From Octopus vulgaris (lineage: Eukaryota): DNA of 64,000 nt. The notes below the pieces were generated by a model. It was not told the DNA's origin. It saw only the letters and a program-made list of their open reading frames with translations, and ran no database searches. Below, piece after piece: positions 39,004 through 52,155 of this stretch; position 1 is the stretch's first letter; every line of letters begins with the position of its first letter. Made by a program: the position numbers and the translations under genes. The DNA lies in assembly GCA_951406725.2 (NCBI GenBank), contig OX597814.1, forward strand, positions 126,232,001 through 126,296,000, given 5' to 3'.

Positions 39004-39844
39004 CACACACACACATACTTCCACATAATTCAGTGCATAGGGTTTAACAAGTGTTTATCACTACTTTTGTAGAAATCAGTCTTTTATGTGAACTGTTGAT
39101 CACAACAATCTTGATAATATGACTTGAATATTCTTGCCTAGGTGAGCCAAAATGGTGTAATATGCTGCAGATCAAATCAATCAACTACATAACTTCTGGC
39201 AGAAAGTATTCTGTGCATAGTAATTGAAAATCAATATTTTCAAATAGATAATGTTCTGATTTGATTTTCTTACTATGACTTAGTAGATCTAGCCTCAGTT
39301 TCTTATTTAAGTTCTGTTTTCACTCACTTCTATTTCAGTTGCACTTCAAAGAGACACTCTCAGTGTTGCTATGATAGCTTCTCATCCAAGCAGTATTTTC
39401 AAAAATTGTTTTTGTTTTAGCCATTGGACTTCAGCTTTCAAGGACATTTAATAACACAAACCCTAGTACTTCTTTCAGTCTAGTAATTATTTCACTGATC
39501 TCTATTTATCAAATGTCTAAGTTACATTTTAGCGTAAAGAAATAGAATTTCTTGCACTCTAGCTCCACTGAATGAAAGAGGTTCTTTCTTAGTCTTGCCA
39601 GCTGCATGGCAACATCACTAGTGCTGGTGCTACAAAAAACAAAACCATATACAAAAAAGTCTATGTTGTAAATTGGTTGGCATTATGAAAGGAATCCAGC
39701 CATAGAAACCATGCCAAAGTAGGCCCTGGAGCATGGCAAATTTGTTGCACTGCTTTACACCAATATAGACACACACGTATGTGCACGTGCGCACACACAC
39801 ACACACACACAGTGCGCTTCCAGAATTTCAGAGTTGAGTAGATC

Positions 39845-40045
39845 TTCTTGTGAAATGTATATTACCAATGATCCTGGTCCTTTATCATTTCCTCCATGGG
39901 GCTCAAGGTCCTGAGATCAGCCTTTATTACTTCATTCCATGTTTTTATGGATTTCCCACTTCCTGTCTTTATACAACTGCCCTCATGTCCATACCAGCAC
40001 AGTTTTCTTTCTTGCTCTCTACATCTGATTTCTGTAGTGCATAGA
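39845..40045 (-). mobile_element. RTE ORF C-terminal fragment
   Basis: ORF track 39862-40092: QERKLCWYGH...KTWNEVIKADLRTLSPMEEMIKDQDHW. Confidence 0.8.
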
Positions 40046-41484
40046 CAGCATTTATTGTATCTGTTTTGAACATAAATCAAACTGCATTTCATCTAGGTCT
40101 TCTCTGTTGCTGATGAATTGTGCAACAACTCTCTCTCTGTGGCCTTCATAACATACATATATATGTATATGTATACATATATAGATACGCACACACACAC
40201 ACACACACACACAAGGACTTCAACACAGCTTCTGTCAGACAAGTTTCATACACAGTAGAAAATACTTGCCAAAGTGCCAAACAGTCAGATTAAGCCCAGA
40301 ACCACAAAGTTACCATTGAACTTGTTAACCACGTAGTTATGCTTGCAACTATCAGATAAAATACCTGCAACATTGAGTTACCTCATTTATATTTTATGTT
40401 CAAATCTTGTCAAAGTCAACTTTGCCTTTTAGCTTTCTGGGCTTCATAAAATAAAGGATCTGTGATGGATTGGATTGATCATAATAATCATCTATCCCCT
40501 AGCCACAAAAATCTGTGTCACCTTTCCACAAAAATTTTATGTTATCTTCCCATTTATATTGAAATTAAGTAAATATTTTCTATTTTTGGCATTTTTCCAA
40601 GGGCATCCAACTATAGAAACTATACCAAAAATGGAACATTAGTAAGATAGTGCCCTCCAACCCATCAATGAGGTGGGGCAGTAACAACAAATAATAACTG
40701 ATCCCTCTAACCTCAGGTTGGCAGCATGAAATACAGACATAAAATGATGATGCTGTTCTCACTACATCACGTACACATTTTAGTCCAAGTGCTTTTTCTA
40801 TCTCATTTTTGGCGAGGGTTAAAGTGAGGAATGAGGGGATGGTTCAAATTTCAAATTCATAAACTTCAGGTTTACAGAAATGAATATCTGGGTTTAAAAT
40901 CATTAAATTAAAAGTCAAACTTGAACCAAAATTTAATGAAAAAAGAATTTAATTTGAGTTTCATTTTTATTTTTTAAATTGGATTTCTATCTCTGGCTGA
41001 AGAAGATCAAGGAAGACATAGCAGGAAATAGTATAGCCAGGTCTTAGGTTTAGGGGCCTCATAGATCTTAAAGCAACGATGATAATGATACTGGTGATAA
41101 TAATATTGGTAACATTGAATTTTTAATTTAATTTTATGTAAAACAGGCATGAAAACAATGATTATAATCATGGTGATCATGATGATAAATTTGAATTTTC
41201 AATTAATTTTATGGAGAAACAGATATTAAAACAGTAAGGGTGATGGTGGTGAAGGTGGCAGCTGCTGCTGCTGCTTCAGTTTGCGCTTTTAAAAATTATT
41301 TTAATTTTCATCTGTTATCCAATTTCAGTTTATGAAATTTTATCAGTTTTATTAATTTGAAACTTAAAATCCAAAACAAAAACAAAAAAAAACTAGCAAA
41401 GGAAAACATTAATCTTCATCCCTATTCCTATAGCCTCTTTACTTACAACATACACCATCTGTATAGAAATATGGAACCTGTTCA

Positions 41485-41615
41485 CCCCAACCACATGGTT
41501 TCAGATACCCGACCATGTAGCTCTAGGTTGTCTCAGGTAACTGTCTTCTACTATAGCCCTAGACTGATCAAAGCCTTGTGTGAGGATTTTGTAGATGGAA
41601 ACTAAAAGAAATCCT
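41485..41615 (+). mobile_element. Second SINE family copy
   Basis: ccaaccacatggttt...tgtcttctactatagccctagactgatcaaagccttgtg...gtagatggaaactaaaagaa. Confidence 0.7.
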
Positions 41616-41906
41616 CCATATATATGGGTGTGCATGCATTATATGTCTGTTTGTTTACATCTGCCATCACTCATACAAAATTGTGACATTTGGTGTTGTC
41701 AGTTTCTCCTGTCAACAAATTATCTGGGCCATTGAAGCCCTGTAAGGCAATATCTCAAATAGCACATCTGTCCAATCTATACAAAGATGGAAAATGAACA
41801 TAAAACAAATGTAACAAACAAACATTTTTTAAAACTCTTGTCAGCCTTGATTGAGCAGACTTACGATCAAATACATTATAGTCTTGACCATCCAGTCTTT
41901 TGAAAT

Positions 41907-42470
41907 GTTGTCCCTTTCCCTGCTCCTCTATGGCTGTGAGGCAAGGATGTATCAATTTGACTTGAAGAAAATCAAATGTTTCCAACAGTACAAACTTCAT
42001 GCAATCATGAGGATTCAATGAAAGGGCTATATTACCAATGAAGAGGTTTTGCTCTGGATCGCACTGCCCAGCATTGAAGCCACCATGGCACAAAACCACC
42101 TCCACTGGTTGGGACACATCATATGCATGTCTAAATGTGCCTCCCCCATCAATTCCTCTTTGTGAAGTTGGCCTCAGGCACCAGATCATAGGGAACCCCC
42201 AAATTCCATTTCTGAGATCAGCTCAAGGCCACCCTCCTCCACTGCTCCATTGACCCAAATACCTGGGAGACATTCGCCAAGGACACCCAAAGTGGTGGCA
42301 TGCTGTCATCAATGGAACAGATGTCAAGAGGCAGAGATCAGACATCAAACACACAAAGAGCAACTTGCACTTCCTCATTCCCCACCAACCCTTTTCTGCA
42401 ATAAATGCCCCCAGCTCTTCTATACTGTCTTGGCCTGAACAGCCACCTCAGGTACTGGCACCCTTTGCAC
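41907..42470 (+). mobile_element. RTE/BovB-like LINE ORF 3' fragment (a second RTE family)
   Basis: SLLLYGCEA..., ITNEEVL..IALPSIEA...HLHWLGHI, LASGTRS*GTPKFHF*DQLKATL, and a terminal CNKC...SHLR..H zinc-knuckle-like motif typical of RTE ORF ends. Confidence 0.8.
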
Positions 42471-42759
42471 CCCTCAGGAGGAAGAGACTCAATCACTCGC
42501 TACCTGTTAACTACTCAGATACAAGTTAATGCCAATGATATTATCTATGTAAGGCTTCTATTGATCAGGGTTGACTATGTATCTACACTTGATTCAGCTC
42601 TGAGCAAGGTTTGTTTTTCTTTTACGGAAGACCTGCTATTGCCCATATTGCATCTCTTCTGTCTACATGCCACTGATAATGTCCAAGGGTAAGGTAAGGA
42701 CTGATACAACTTGACTTCAGTATCATTGCAGGTGTTGCCATTAGTATGTAGAGAACTGC

Positions 42760-42897
42760 TACTTTATTTTATCAATCCTGAAAAGATAAAAGGCAAAGTT
42801 GATCTCCAATAGGATTTGAACTCAGAACATCAAATGCTGAAACAAATACGCAATGCATTTCATCCAACACTGTAACAATTCTGCCAATTCACCACAC
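42760..42897 (-). mobile_element. tRNA-type SINE fragment
   Basis: ttttatcaatcctgaaaagataaaaggcaaagttga...ttgaactcagaac...ttctgccaattcacc. Confidence 0.75.
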
Positions 42898-43990
42898 TAG
42901 ATTATATAGTTATAGTGTTATAGTATTATATAGTTATAGTTATAGTGTATTATGTTATTTGCACAGTCTTTCTTTTTAAAAGCATTAATGTATTAAAATG
43001 CTGAATTGGTAAGGAAATTTGGCTGCTCTTTCTAGTGGGTTAAACAACTATGTAGAGGCTCCCCATTGACTTATTATTATCATGTAGGTGGGTAGAGTTT
43101 CTGTTAGTCAGTGCTAAAGCTGAATTGAACCAAGCCTACATGATATTCTATCTTAATAGGATTCTGTAACATTAGAAATATCACATATAATACCACTTCT
43201 TTATTTTTTTATTATTATTTCATTTCTTAATTGCCAGCATCCTAATGTCTTTTGCTACTCCGCTATTCTATTATAGAGAAAGATATTCACTAGAAGTGTA
43301 TCTCAATAAAACACTATAGCTTCCAAAATCTGAAAGAAAGAAAGAGCTGTTTTAGTACTCATCCATTCTTTATGACTATTGTTAGTGATATCTCTCACTC
43401 CCTCTTTACCTCTCTCACAACACTTTTACTTCTTCACGTTCTCCGTCTATTCACATACTGCCACTCACTATCTTTTCGAACATTATTATAAAACTTTCTT
43501 TCTGCCTCAGTAACCGTATTATCAGATTTCTGAACATATTTTTTGATATATTAATATATTCACATCAATTTTCTACTGTAACCCTTACTTTCTGCTGGAT
43601 CAATATCTGCAGTTGCGTATACATACATACGTACACATACAGACACACATGTATGTATGTATGTATGTATGTATGTAAGTATATATGCATGTATGTACAT
43701 ATGTAATTATGTATGCATATGCACTGGGGATATCTGTAGCTATACACTATAGGGTTGTATGAATAATGTTGTATGATTGTATATCTGGGTACACTATAAA
43801 CTTCTGTATGTATATGTAAGCTATATATTCGCTGTAGTCTTTTGTATGAAGACACATATACATATATGTATAACTATTGACTTGCTATTTATACACAGGG
43901 TTCTTTTATTTCTCCACTATAGGATTGTGTGTATACAATGTAGTGTTGCCTATATAATATTCTATTTATATTTGCATATATATTACTGTA

Positions 43991-44135
43991 AAGCCGGCGG
44001 ATTGGCAGAATCATTTGAGCAGCAGACAAATGTGTTGCGATAATTGTTCCAGCTCTTTGTGTTTTGAGTTCAAATCCAACAAAGGTCATCTTTGCCTTTT
44101 ATTCTTCCAGCTTTGATAAATTAAGTATCACCAGG
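43991..44135 (+). mobile_element. tRNA-type SINE fragment
   Basis: ggcggattggcagaatc...gagttcaaatcc...ctttgcctttt...gataaattaagta. Confidence 0.75.
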
Positions 44136-44722
44136 TTCATTTTCTCTTTCTCTCACTCTCTCTCTTTCTCCCTCTCTCTTACACCCTCTCTGTCTGTCTG
44201 TCTCTCTGTCTCTCTCTCTCTCTTTCTAATTCAGTTGTGTTGCACTGGAAGAAGTGTCGTAAGAACCCCTTTCTCCAGAAATAAAGAACAGTTGAATGAT
44301 AAGTCTGCAACCTCTTATGGAAAAATTGTATACTTACTAAAAGAGTGGTCTAATGTACAGGACAACACAGACTGAAAATAAAGAGGAATGTGTATGTGTG
44401 TGTGTGATTTATATATATATGTATGTAAATAGATAGATTATTGTGTGTGCATTCTGAGTATTAACTATGTACAATTGACTATATGATACACCATGAGTAC
44501 AATTGTGTATCAATTATGCTAAATGCGTATATCATTATGTAAGTTTGTGCAGATATATATGCAATGTGTTTTTTGTACTACTTGCTATATTTTCTTTTAT
44601 ATGTAGAATTATGTATACTTTATACTGGAATTATAGTTGTATCTGATATTACATTTTAACTATGTGTATATAATTTGTGTGTGCATGTGTGGAATACTCC
44701 TTATACAGTTATGTATCTATTA

Positions 44723-44769
<47 letters not shown>

Positions 44770-45023
44770 TGTATTTTACTAGAGCTGAAATATTTTTACT
44801 GAAAAATTTGCTACAATATTTAACTGTCAAAATCAAGGCTTTCCTTGTAAATCAAAAATGTCTTGTTTCTATCTTCCCTATAAATCAAAAGCATCTTCTT
44901 TCTTTCTGTTTTATCAGTTATATAAGCAATTCTATTTCTGTAATTCAACCAATGCACAACTTTATACCTTTAATTACTTATTCTTTCGTCACTACTTCAG
45001 AAAGTATGGTGAAGAAGTCTATG

Positions 45024-45066
45024 CTTTGTTGATGATGTCAGAATAAATACCAAAACATGTCCGGAG
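45024..45066 (+). other. Decayed minimal type-I hammerhead-ribozyme motif (Penelope pLTR-like)
   Basis: ctttg TTGATGA tgtcagaataaatacc AAAA CATGTC cggag. Stem I ctttg/cggag pairs with wobbles, stem III is the palindrome ACATGT, GUC site present; the core and stem I deviations are C>T / G>A transitions, stem II is poor. Confidence 0.5.
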
Positions 45067-45619
45067 TTGCTTCCCATAGTTACTGGAAAAAATGAAAATA
45101 ATGTCAGTCATTGACTAATATTTTTTCTTTTACAATTTATTTCCAGTTAGGTTTTTAATACTCCATGTATTAAATAACTTATCTGTCTGATAGAATGAAA
45201 ATGCTTTTCTGCTCTTCAGTCAATGATCAGTCTATTGTTATATTTAGAAACTGTTTCGTCTCTCCTGCCATATGTTAAACAATGAATCATTGAAAAGCAT
45301 CCATCATTACACCTTCACTGGTGGAAATTTGAATGCAAGAACAAAAGACTAAGAGAATAATTTATAGAGAGAGAAGTATCAGTATGTCACAGTATTAAAG
45401 TGGTTAACAAGTTGGACTGGGGAAGGTAAATGTTGTGTCTTGCTAGTTTGACTATAAGGACTTTGCTGATGCTGACATATCAACAGAATGGTAAGAGAGC
45501 CATAGTAGTAGAGATAATGGAGGAGCAGTGGTTCTCAAACTTGTACCAGGCACCTATCCTGTAAAAATATTAGTGAAGTTTTTACACCATACCACCACTT
45601 CTTTATTAATTCTTTCTAA

Positions 45620-45817
45620 TTTTTACACAAGGCCAGCAATTTTGAAGGGAGGGGCAAGTCAGTCAGTTACACCACAGTGCTCAACTGGTATTTATTTTAT
45701 CACTGTTGAAATTATGAAAAGCAAAGTCATCATTGGTGGCATTTGAACTCAGAACATAAAGAGCCAGAAGAAATGCTGCTAAGTATTTTGCTATAACAGA
45801 ATCTGCCAGCTTGCTGC
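45620..45817 (-). mobile_element. tRNA-type SINE
   Basis: cacaaggccagcaattttg...caactggtatttattttatc...gcaaagtca...ttgaactcagaacataaaga...ctgccagcttgctgc. Confidence 0.8.
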
Positions 45818-48649
45818 TTCTTTGTCAATGAGAAGACAAAACAGTGTTTGCATGCTTATAATTTTTTCTTTGCCTTGGTTTTAAACAAGTTTGAAATGTT
45901 GAAAGTGTAATATTGAAAGTACAGAATATAATAACATACTAATTCATCCACCCCTTTTTCACTTCTCACAGCCTTGTTCCTTGTTAGAAACAATGATGGT
46001 AGATATAGTTGATAGTGGTATGGTTGCGTGACAGTATGTAGTGTACATGTTGCTGTTATTATTTAACCCTAGGTCAGCCCTGATATAGCAGAACTATGGC
46101 TGATGGTATTGTAGCCATGACCTTATTTTCTTTTATTTATGTTCAGGAACTTAGGACCACATTTTTGCAATGTGTAACATTTTCCAGGATGGTGGGTATG
46201 GGTATGAGTTGAGGGAGATTTGGTCACTATACTACAAGGAAGCCTATACACTAGCCAATGAGGAAATTTTTTATGGTTGCTTGTCTTCTTAGAAGTTTCC
46301 TCATTGCTTTGTGTAGAAATTTCCTGTGTGTTGTTGGCATTTGATGATAATAGACAATAGCTAAGTTAGTCTTGAATCAAGGTAGCTGAAACCTGAATTG
46401 TGGAGGATATTTGGAGAAAATTTAATGAGTAATAAGAACCAGAGTAGGCATAGATGGAGTTAAAATCAGAGGAATGGGAGAACTAATACATAAAACTGAT
46501 ACACTGTTATATATAATGCAAATACTTACCTGTTCATTACTGCCATACAAATTATGCCAGTAAAAATAATGATATTTGTGTCATTCACCATAAAATCAGA
46601 TGATGTCACTGTGTTTGCTTGACCTGCTAGCAATGGGAGCTATATCTCTCTTAAATAACACTCTGTTAGCTTTAAACAAGGAAGGGCATTTTAGATAATG
46701 TAGTCTGATATAAACTATATTTGCAAAGACTGGATAATCACAGCTAGAAAATCACTACTGCCAAAAACCACAATGACAGCTATGAAGGGATTATGAAGAT
46801 TAGGAAAATCTCAGGGAAACTTCAACTGAGAAGCATATCACATAAAGGTTAGATACCATAAAGTATTCAATCTGGTGATGTTAACCCAGTTTGTGATTCT
46901 CAGTAGAAGATTACTTCAACCAGAATATTTAAGACTGAAAGCTAACATTTTGTCTACATCATAACAAAGTGATGAAACTGATGCTAGATATTGTACTATA
47001 ATGACGATGACTTTAATGTGACAGCATTAATCATCAATCAGATTAATCAGCAAATTTTATGGGGCTAGGTTAATGATCAGAAAAATTGCACCCCATAGGA
47101 TTATTACTTTTCTCACTTTCATACAAATAAAATATTCCCTAAATGTATTCAATGACAGCCAGAACTAATTGTAAATTTTGCCTAAATTATTCTTATGATT
47201 GTGCACTTTCTTTTTGAACTCAACTAATGATGCTGGCACAAATCTCTGAAAACTAGATTATTGAGTTTATGTGATGCTTTCATGAGATTGTAGAACTACA
47301 ATACTAACCAAGATGAAAAGAATGTAATATATATCAGACAAAATTTTGAAAATAAACTTATATTTGCTAACTAGTACTATAACCTTAGATCATATGAATA
47401 AAACACATTATTTGATCACAAAATACATTTTTGCTATATTTAATTGTACACATGGAAAGCTATCCAGTTGAACTATGTAGCACTGTAGCTTTGCTTTATA
47501 ATGAGCTATCAGAAGATAATTTCAGCATGTCTGCTTTGAAGAGATTCTGCTGACTTAAAGAAATTTCATTTAATTCCTGTCATGTGATCAAAAATTTCAG
47601 CTAAGTATGTCCTGTAATAGTTGTTAATTATATGTAAATCTCTTTAATGGGTGCATACACCATACTGTTTAGTTCTTCATGAAACTGGAAACTCTATCTA
47701 AATGCAATCTCTTGAATGTAAATTTGGTCGTGGGTTTATGGATCTAATTTCATATATCGGTGATGCAAAAGGTTTCTTCGTGGAAAATACCGCTAATTAT
47801 CTTTCAAACTGTAATAATTATGAAGTAGGTGGTATTCAAATAGTGATATATGCCCTTTTGAAATTGATCTAATATAGATAGAATAAACATTCAGAATATA
47901 TTAGTTACCAAAAAAAGTATGTTACACTTTATTTATTATTGCTATTTTATACATTTTTTTATGCCCCAAATATTTTTAAAATGTTTACTTTTATTACTTT
48001 AGATGATATATTTTAAATAGAATTTACTAAAAGCATCTGACTGTGACATAATGGTAAGGAGGATCAAAATAGATAAACGATAACTGATAGTGGAGTTTAT
48101 GTAAATGATATATGCTTTACACACACACATAAACTCACACACACACATAAATATATAAATGGATGTGTGCAAATGAAAGAGCACTCAATGCATTATGTAG
48201 ATATTATATCTGTATGTAGGCACTTAATGAGTAAGATAGCACTCAGAGTTTCAAATGCATGAAAGTACATGTATAATGGATGGATCAAATTGATCAGATG
48301 TGTAAGTATGGTGTGTGTATGAGAAAGAAAGAGAGATCATTATTTTAACATTAATTTTTCCCATATTTGCGTGGGTCATACAAAATTCATGAAGGCAAAT
48401 TTTCTAGTTTTATGTCCTTCCAGTCACTAAACCTTACCCGTTCCCAACTCCAGTAGTATTTCCTTTCATCCTTGAAACACAAACAGCACTAAGGCTGGAC
48501 ATGATTTCATGAAGGATTGTAAAGAAATGACATCTCTTATATGAATGTCATTCCTTTACAACTAGTACCTAATCTCAAGATAAGGAGGCATGACTGTGCA
48601 TGCACACACACACACGCACTCACTCATATACTCACACATAGGTACAATG

Positions 48650-48810
48650 GCTGTCTTTTAGTTTCCTTCTACCAAATCTACTCATAGGGCTTTGGTAGGT
48701 TCAAGCCTATAGCAAAAAGTACTTATCTAAGAAAGTGCACTGTGAGAAAAAAAAAAACCCACAAACTTGTAGTGGGGAAGCAAACTTCTTAACCATACAG
48801 TCATGCTTGC
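48650..48810 (-). mobile_element. Second SINE family copy
   Basis: tttagtttccttctaccaaatctactcatagggctttgg...ggggaagcaaacttcttaaccatacagtcatgc. Confidence 0.65.
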
Positions 48811-50269
48811 ATCTAAATGTGTGCACATGTGTGAATGAAAATTTTTTAAATCTATGTTCAGCAAAAGCTACAAATGTAATTCTCACTGTCTGTGGCTAGG
48901 CTTCAACCTGTGATATTTGTTAACATTTCCTGTCAGTACATCATCCATTAGCTCTGGGCTTTCAAATTCCTCTAGAATAAAAATATTACGTTACTTGAAA
49001 AGCAAATAATTGTTGCCACTGGAAGAGCATCCAGTTGTAAAAATCCTTCATATCATGCTTGTATGGAAAAACAGAAGTTAAAACAAATGAACAAATTACA
49101 TGTACATGCATATGTATATGGAGTATATATATATATATATATATACACATACATACTTACATATATATATATATATATCTTAATGTATTTGTGATAGCAT
49201 AAATGTGTTCATATTTCCTATTTAAACACATCTCTTATCTATTAATGCTATATATGTTGGTGTATGTATAATGTATTTGTATGGGTGTTTGTCTGTTCAT
49301 ATATGTATGTATGCATGTGGTGTTTGACATTGTGGTTATAAACCTCTTTCTTGCCTGAATAATTTCCTGTACGAAAAGAGAAAGTGTTAGCCTTAAAGAA
49401 ATCTAAACTCTCTTTCAGAGAAATAAATTGTATTAATTTTGTTGAATCTAAAGTTTATTGCTGTGTTTTCTAATTAGAAATTATATTTGTGAGACCAGAT
49501 CAATATATCAGTTTTCTTTGGTTTCAACTCATGTATCTGCAGGCTTCCGTTTCACATTAACAACAATATAACAGCAACAGATGAGATGATAGAGAGAGAG
49601 TTATAGTTTATTAATTTATTTAAATATGATTTTGTTAATCTCATTATTAGATAATTGAATTTAGGAGAGTTCCGTCTGTTTAGGCAGTTCCATCAAGGGG
49701 CAACTATTGTTTGAACACAACTAGCCTAGTGTATTCTACATTTCCTTATTGTTCCTATTGTTGGTTTCTTCCTCAATCTCACAATCACCGACTCTATTAA
49801 CTGGCTTTGTCCACTTCCCTCCGTCTTTGTAATCTTACCAGTCTTAAACCCTTTAAGTATCAGCTGTGTCTTCCATAAAATACTTTACTGTCAGAAAACT
49901 TCAGAAGCCTTATTAGCTGATGTGCTTAACATCTCATCATGTTATATGTTTAACACATAAATAGTTTTATTTTACACACATATCAATCTTTCTTCCGTTA
50001 AAAACTCATCACCATCTCTCTTTATTTCCCTTTTCTTTCTTATTCTCTCCCTCTCTCTTTCACACACGCACACACACACACACATACACACACATAAGCA
50101 TGCATACACTCACACATACACCATGTTATGTCTCAAGTAATCCACAGACATACCATACTCCATGTTCTTCAATTTTGCAACATCTAATACTTTTTATTTA
50201 CAATATACATCACTGTTGTATTATAAAAAACCACTTGCTATATTAACCAATATATTTTTGTAATCCTAA

Positions 50270-51290
50270 GTAGAAGAATTGCTTGTGAGAGCTGTAGAAA
50301 CTATGTACAAGGGTGCAGTTGGCAAAGTGAGTGTCAGTTCAGTGGCATACTTAGTATGAAGTTTAGTGCCCATTAAGGTTCAGCCCTCAGCCTACCTCCT
50401 ATCCATCATAGTTCTGCTGGCCTTTGCAAAGGAGCTTTTGCAGCTGAATCTGTAGCAGAAATAGAGAAGAAATTCCAGACATAGAAATAAAACTAGAGCC
50501 AAGGGATTTATGTCAGAATAAGGTGTTATTAAGCAAAATAGAAGATAGGACCCTGGCACTGTCTAGGAAATAGCCTTGCTCAATATGCACAAAAAGGTGT
50601 TGTGGATTCACAAGCAGGCTAACAGAGGAAAACAAGCTTTATGTGTGGAAGATGGACTGAAACCATAGTCACTAAAAGCATGCCTGAAATAGCTTCTCTT
50701 AAATGTCCAGCTGGCTCACTAGAAGTAATTGATAACTTCTTTTACCTAGGTGACATAATTAGCAGTAGAGATAGTTGATTTGAAAGGCAGCAAGCTGGCA
50801 GAAACATTAGCACGCCGGGCGAAATGCTTAGCGGTATTTCGTCTGTCTTTACGTCCTGAGATCAAATTCTGCCAAGGTCAACTTTGTCTTTCATCCTTTC
50901 AGGGTCGATAAATTAAGTACCAGTTATGCACTGGGGTCGATGTAATTGACTTAATCCATTTGTCTGTCCTTGTTTGTCCCCTCTATGTTTAGCCCTTTGT
51001 GGGCAATAAAGAAATAAGATAGTTGATTTGAAAATATAGGAACTTGAGTAAAAACTAGGTGGCAACATAAGCCTTCTTCCTCTGAGTGACAGGCAGGTTG
51101 TGTTTGAACTGCAATACTCCATGGTAGTGAGACATGGGCTTTGACTGTAGAAGACTTGTGAAAGCAGAAAGAAATGAAGCAAGCATGTTCCAAAAGATGT
51201 GTAATGTCAGAATATAAATGATATGAGAGTATCCAGTATCATATGCAAGAGAAGTGGCTTCACTGGTGTGGGCATGTGATGCTGCAGAAG
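50270..51290 (+). mobile_element. Degraded RTE ORF (PHD-containing family) interrupted by a SINE
   Basis: LVRAVETMYKGAVGKV.., H*GSALS (motif QGSxLSP), PCSIC remnant, SLEVIDNFFYLGD, LHGSETWALT, LHWCGHVM. Confidence 0.78.
50786..51016 (+). mobile_element. Full-length young tRNA-type SINE (231 bp)
   Basis: Perfect 17-bp TSD agatagttgatttgaaa at 50769-50785 and 51017-51033. A/B-box-like head; central ctttcatcctttcagggtcgataaattaagtaccag resembles my recollection of the Meta-SINE domain. Confidence 0.92.
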
Positions 51291-51802
51291 ACCCGAATAT
51301 TCATGGCAAAGCATTCACTGAGATGATAGTAGTGATAAGTGATTCTGACCTCTACATGTGTGTGTGTATGTGTGTGTGTGTGTGTGTGTAGGTGTGTTGG
51401 TATGTGGGTGTATGATGCTCTCTCACTTGCCCACTGCTGTCCATCATCCCTTTTCTGCCACTCTCCTTTGTATACCCACTCCTCATCTCTTTCAATGACT
51501 ATCTCTGGTTCTTTGTTACTACTATCTATTTTTCACTCATTCATTTTCCCTTTCTTTCACACTTTTCACCCATACTCTTATAATGTAGAATAGCTCTATA
51601 ACCCCTCACACAACCCACGTCATCATTCTTACTATTCTGCCCTTCCTTTCTCACTAAACACTTCCCTTTCTCTTATTCCTTCCATACCTCTCCCCCCAAT
51701 AGTGACTACTTTGTTACTCTCTTCACTGCCATCCTCTCACAATTTATTCACCTCACTTACTACATTATATTTCACCCTCTCTAACCACCTTGCCTAAAGC
51801 CA

Positions 51803-51806
<4 letters not shown>

Positions 51807-51870
<64 letters not shown>
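51807..51870. repeat. (TC)n microsatellite
   Basis: Direct reading. Confidence 0.97.
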
Positions 51871-51875
<5 letters not shown>

Positions 51876-51959
51876 ATATATATCTTTCCCCAGTTGCCCA
51901 GTTATAGGAAGCCTTTTAGACTCTTTATTCCTTTATTCTTGCTAGTTGCAAGGCAACTT

Positions 51960-52155
51960 TACTAATGTTGGTGCCACAAAAAAAAATCACCCAGTACATT
52001 TTGTAAAGTGGTTGGTGTTGAGAAGGGTATCCAGCCATAGAAGCCATACCAAAACAGTATTGAAACACAACATGACCCTCTGACTCATCAAGTCCTATCA
52101 AAACATCCAATTCATGTCATTATGAAGAGCAGATGTTACATGATGATGTTGATGA
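51960..52155 (+). mobile_element. RTE-tail element fragment
   Basis: gtggttggtgttgagaagggtatccagccatagaa...gatgttacatgatgatg. Confidence 0.7.

Noticed and set aside
41075-41235. Two degenerate ~75-bp tandem units
   Set aside because: AT-rich low-complexity local duplication with no further structure.
46522-46532. ATACTTACCTG, identical to the U1 snRNA 5' end
   Set aside because: Downstream sequence has no U1 stem-loops or Sm site; kept only as a possible minus-strand donor.
50786-50870. tRNA gene
   Set aside because: A/B-box-like head of a SINE; no cloverleaf, followed by SINE body and flanked by a TSD.
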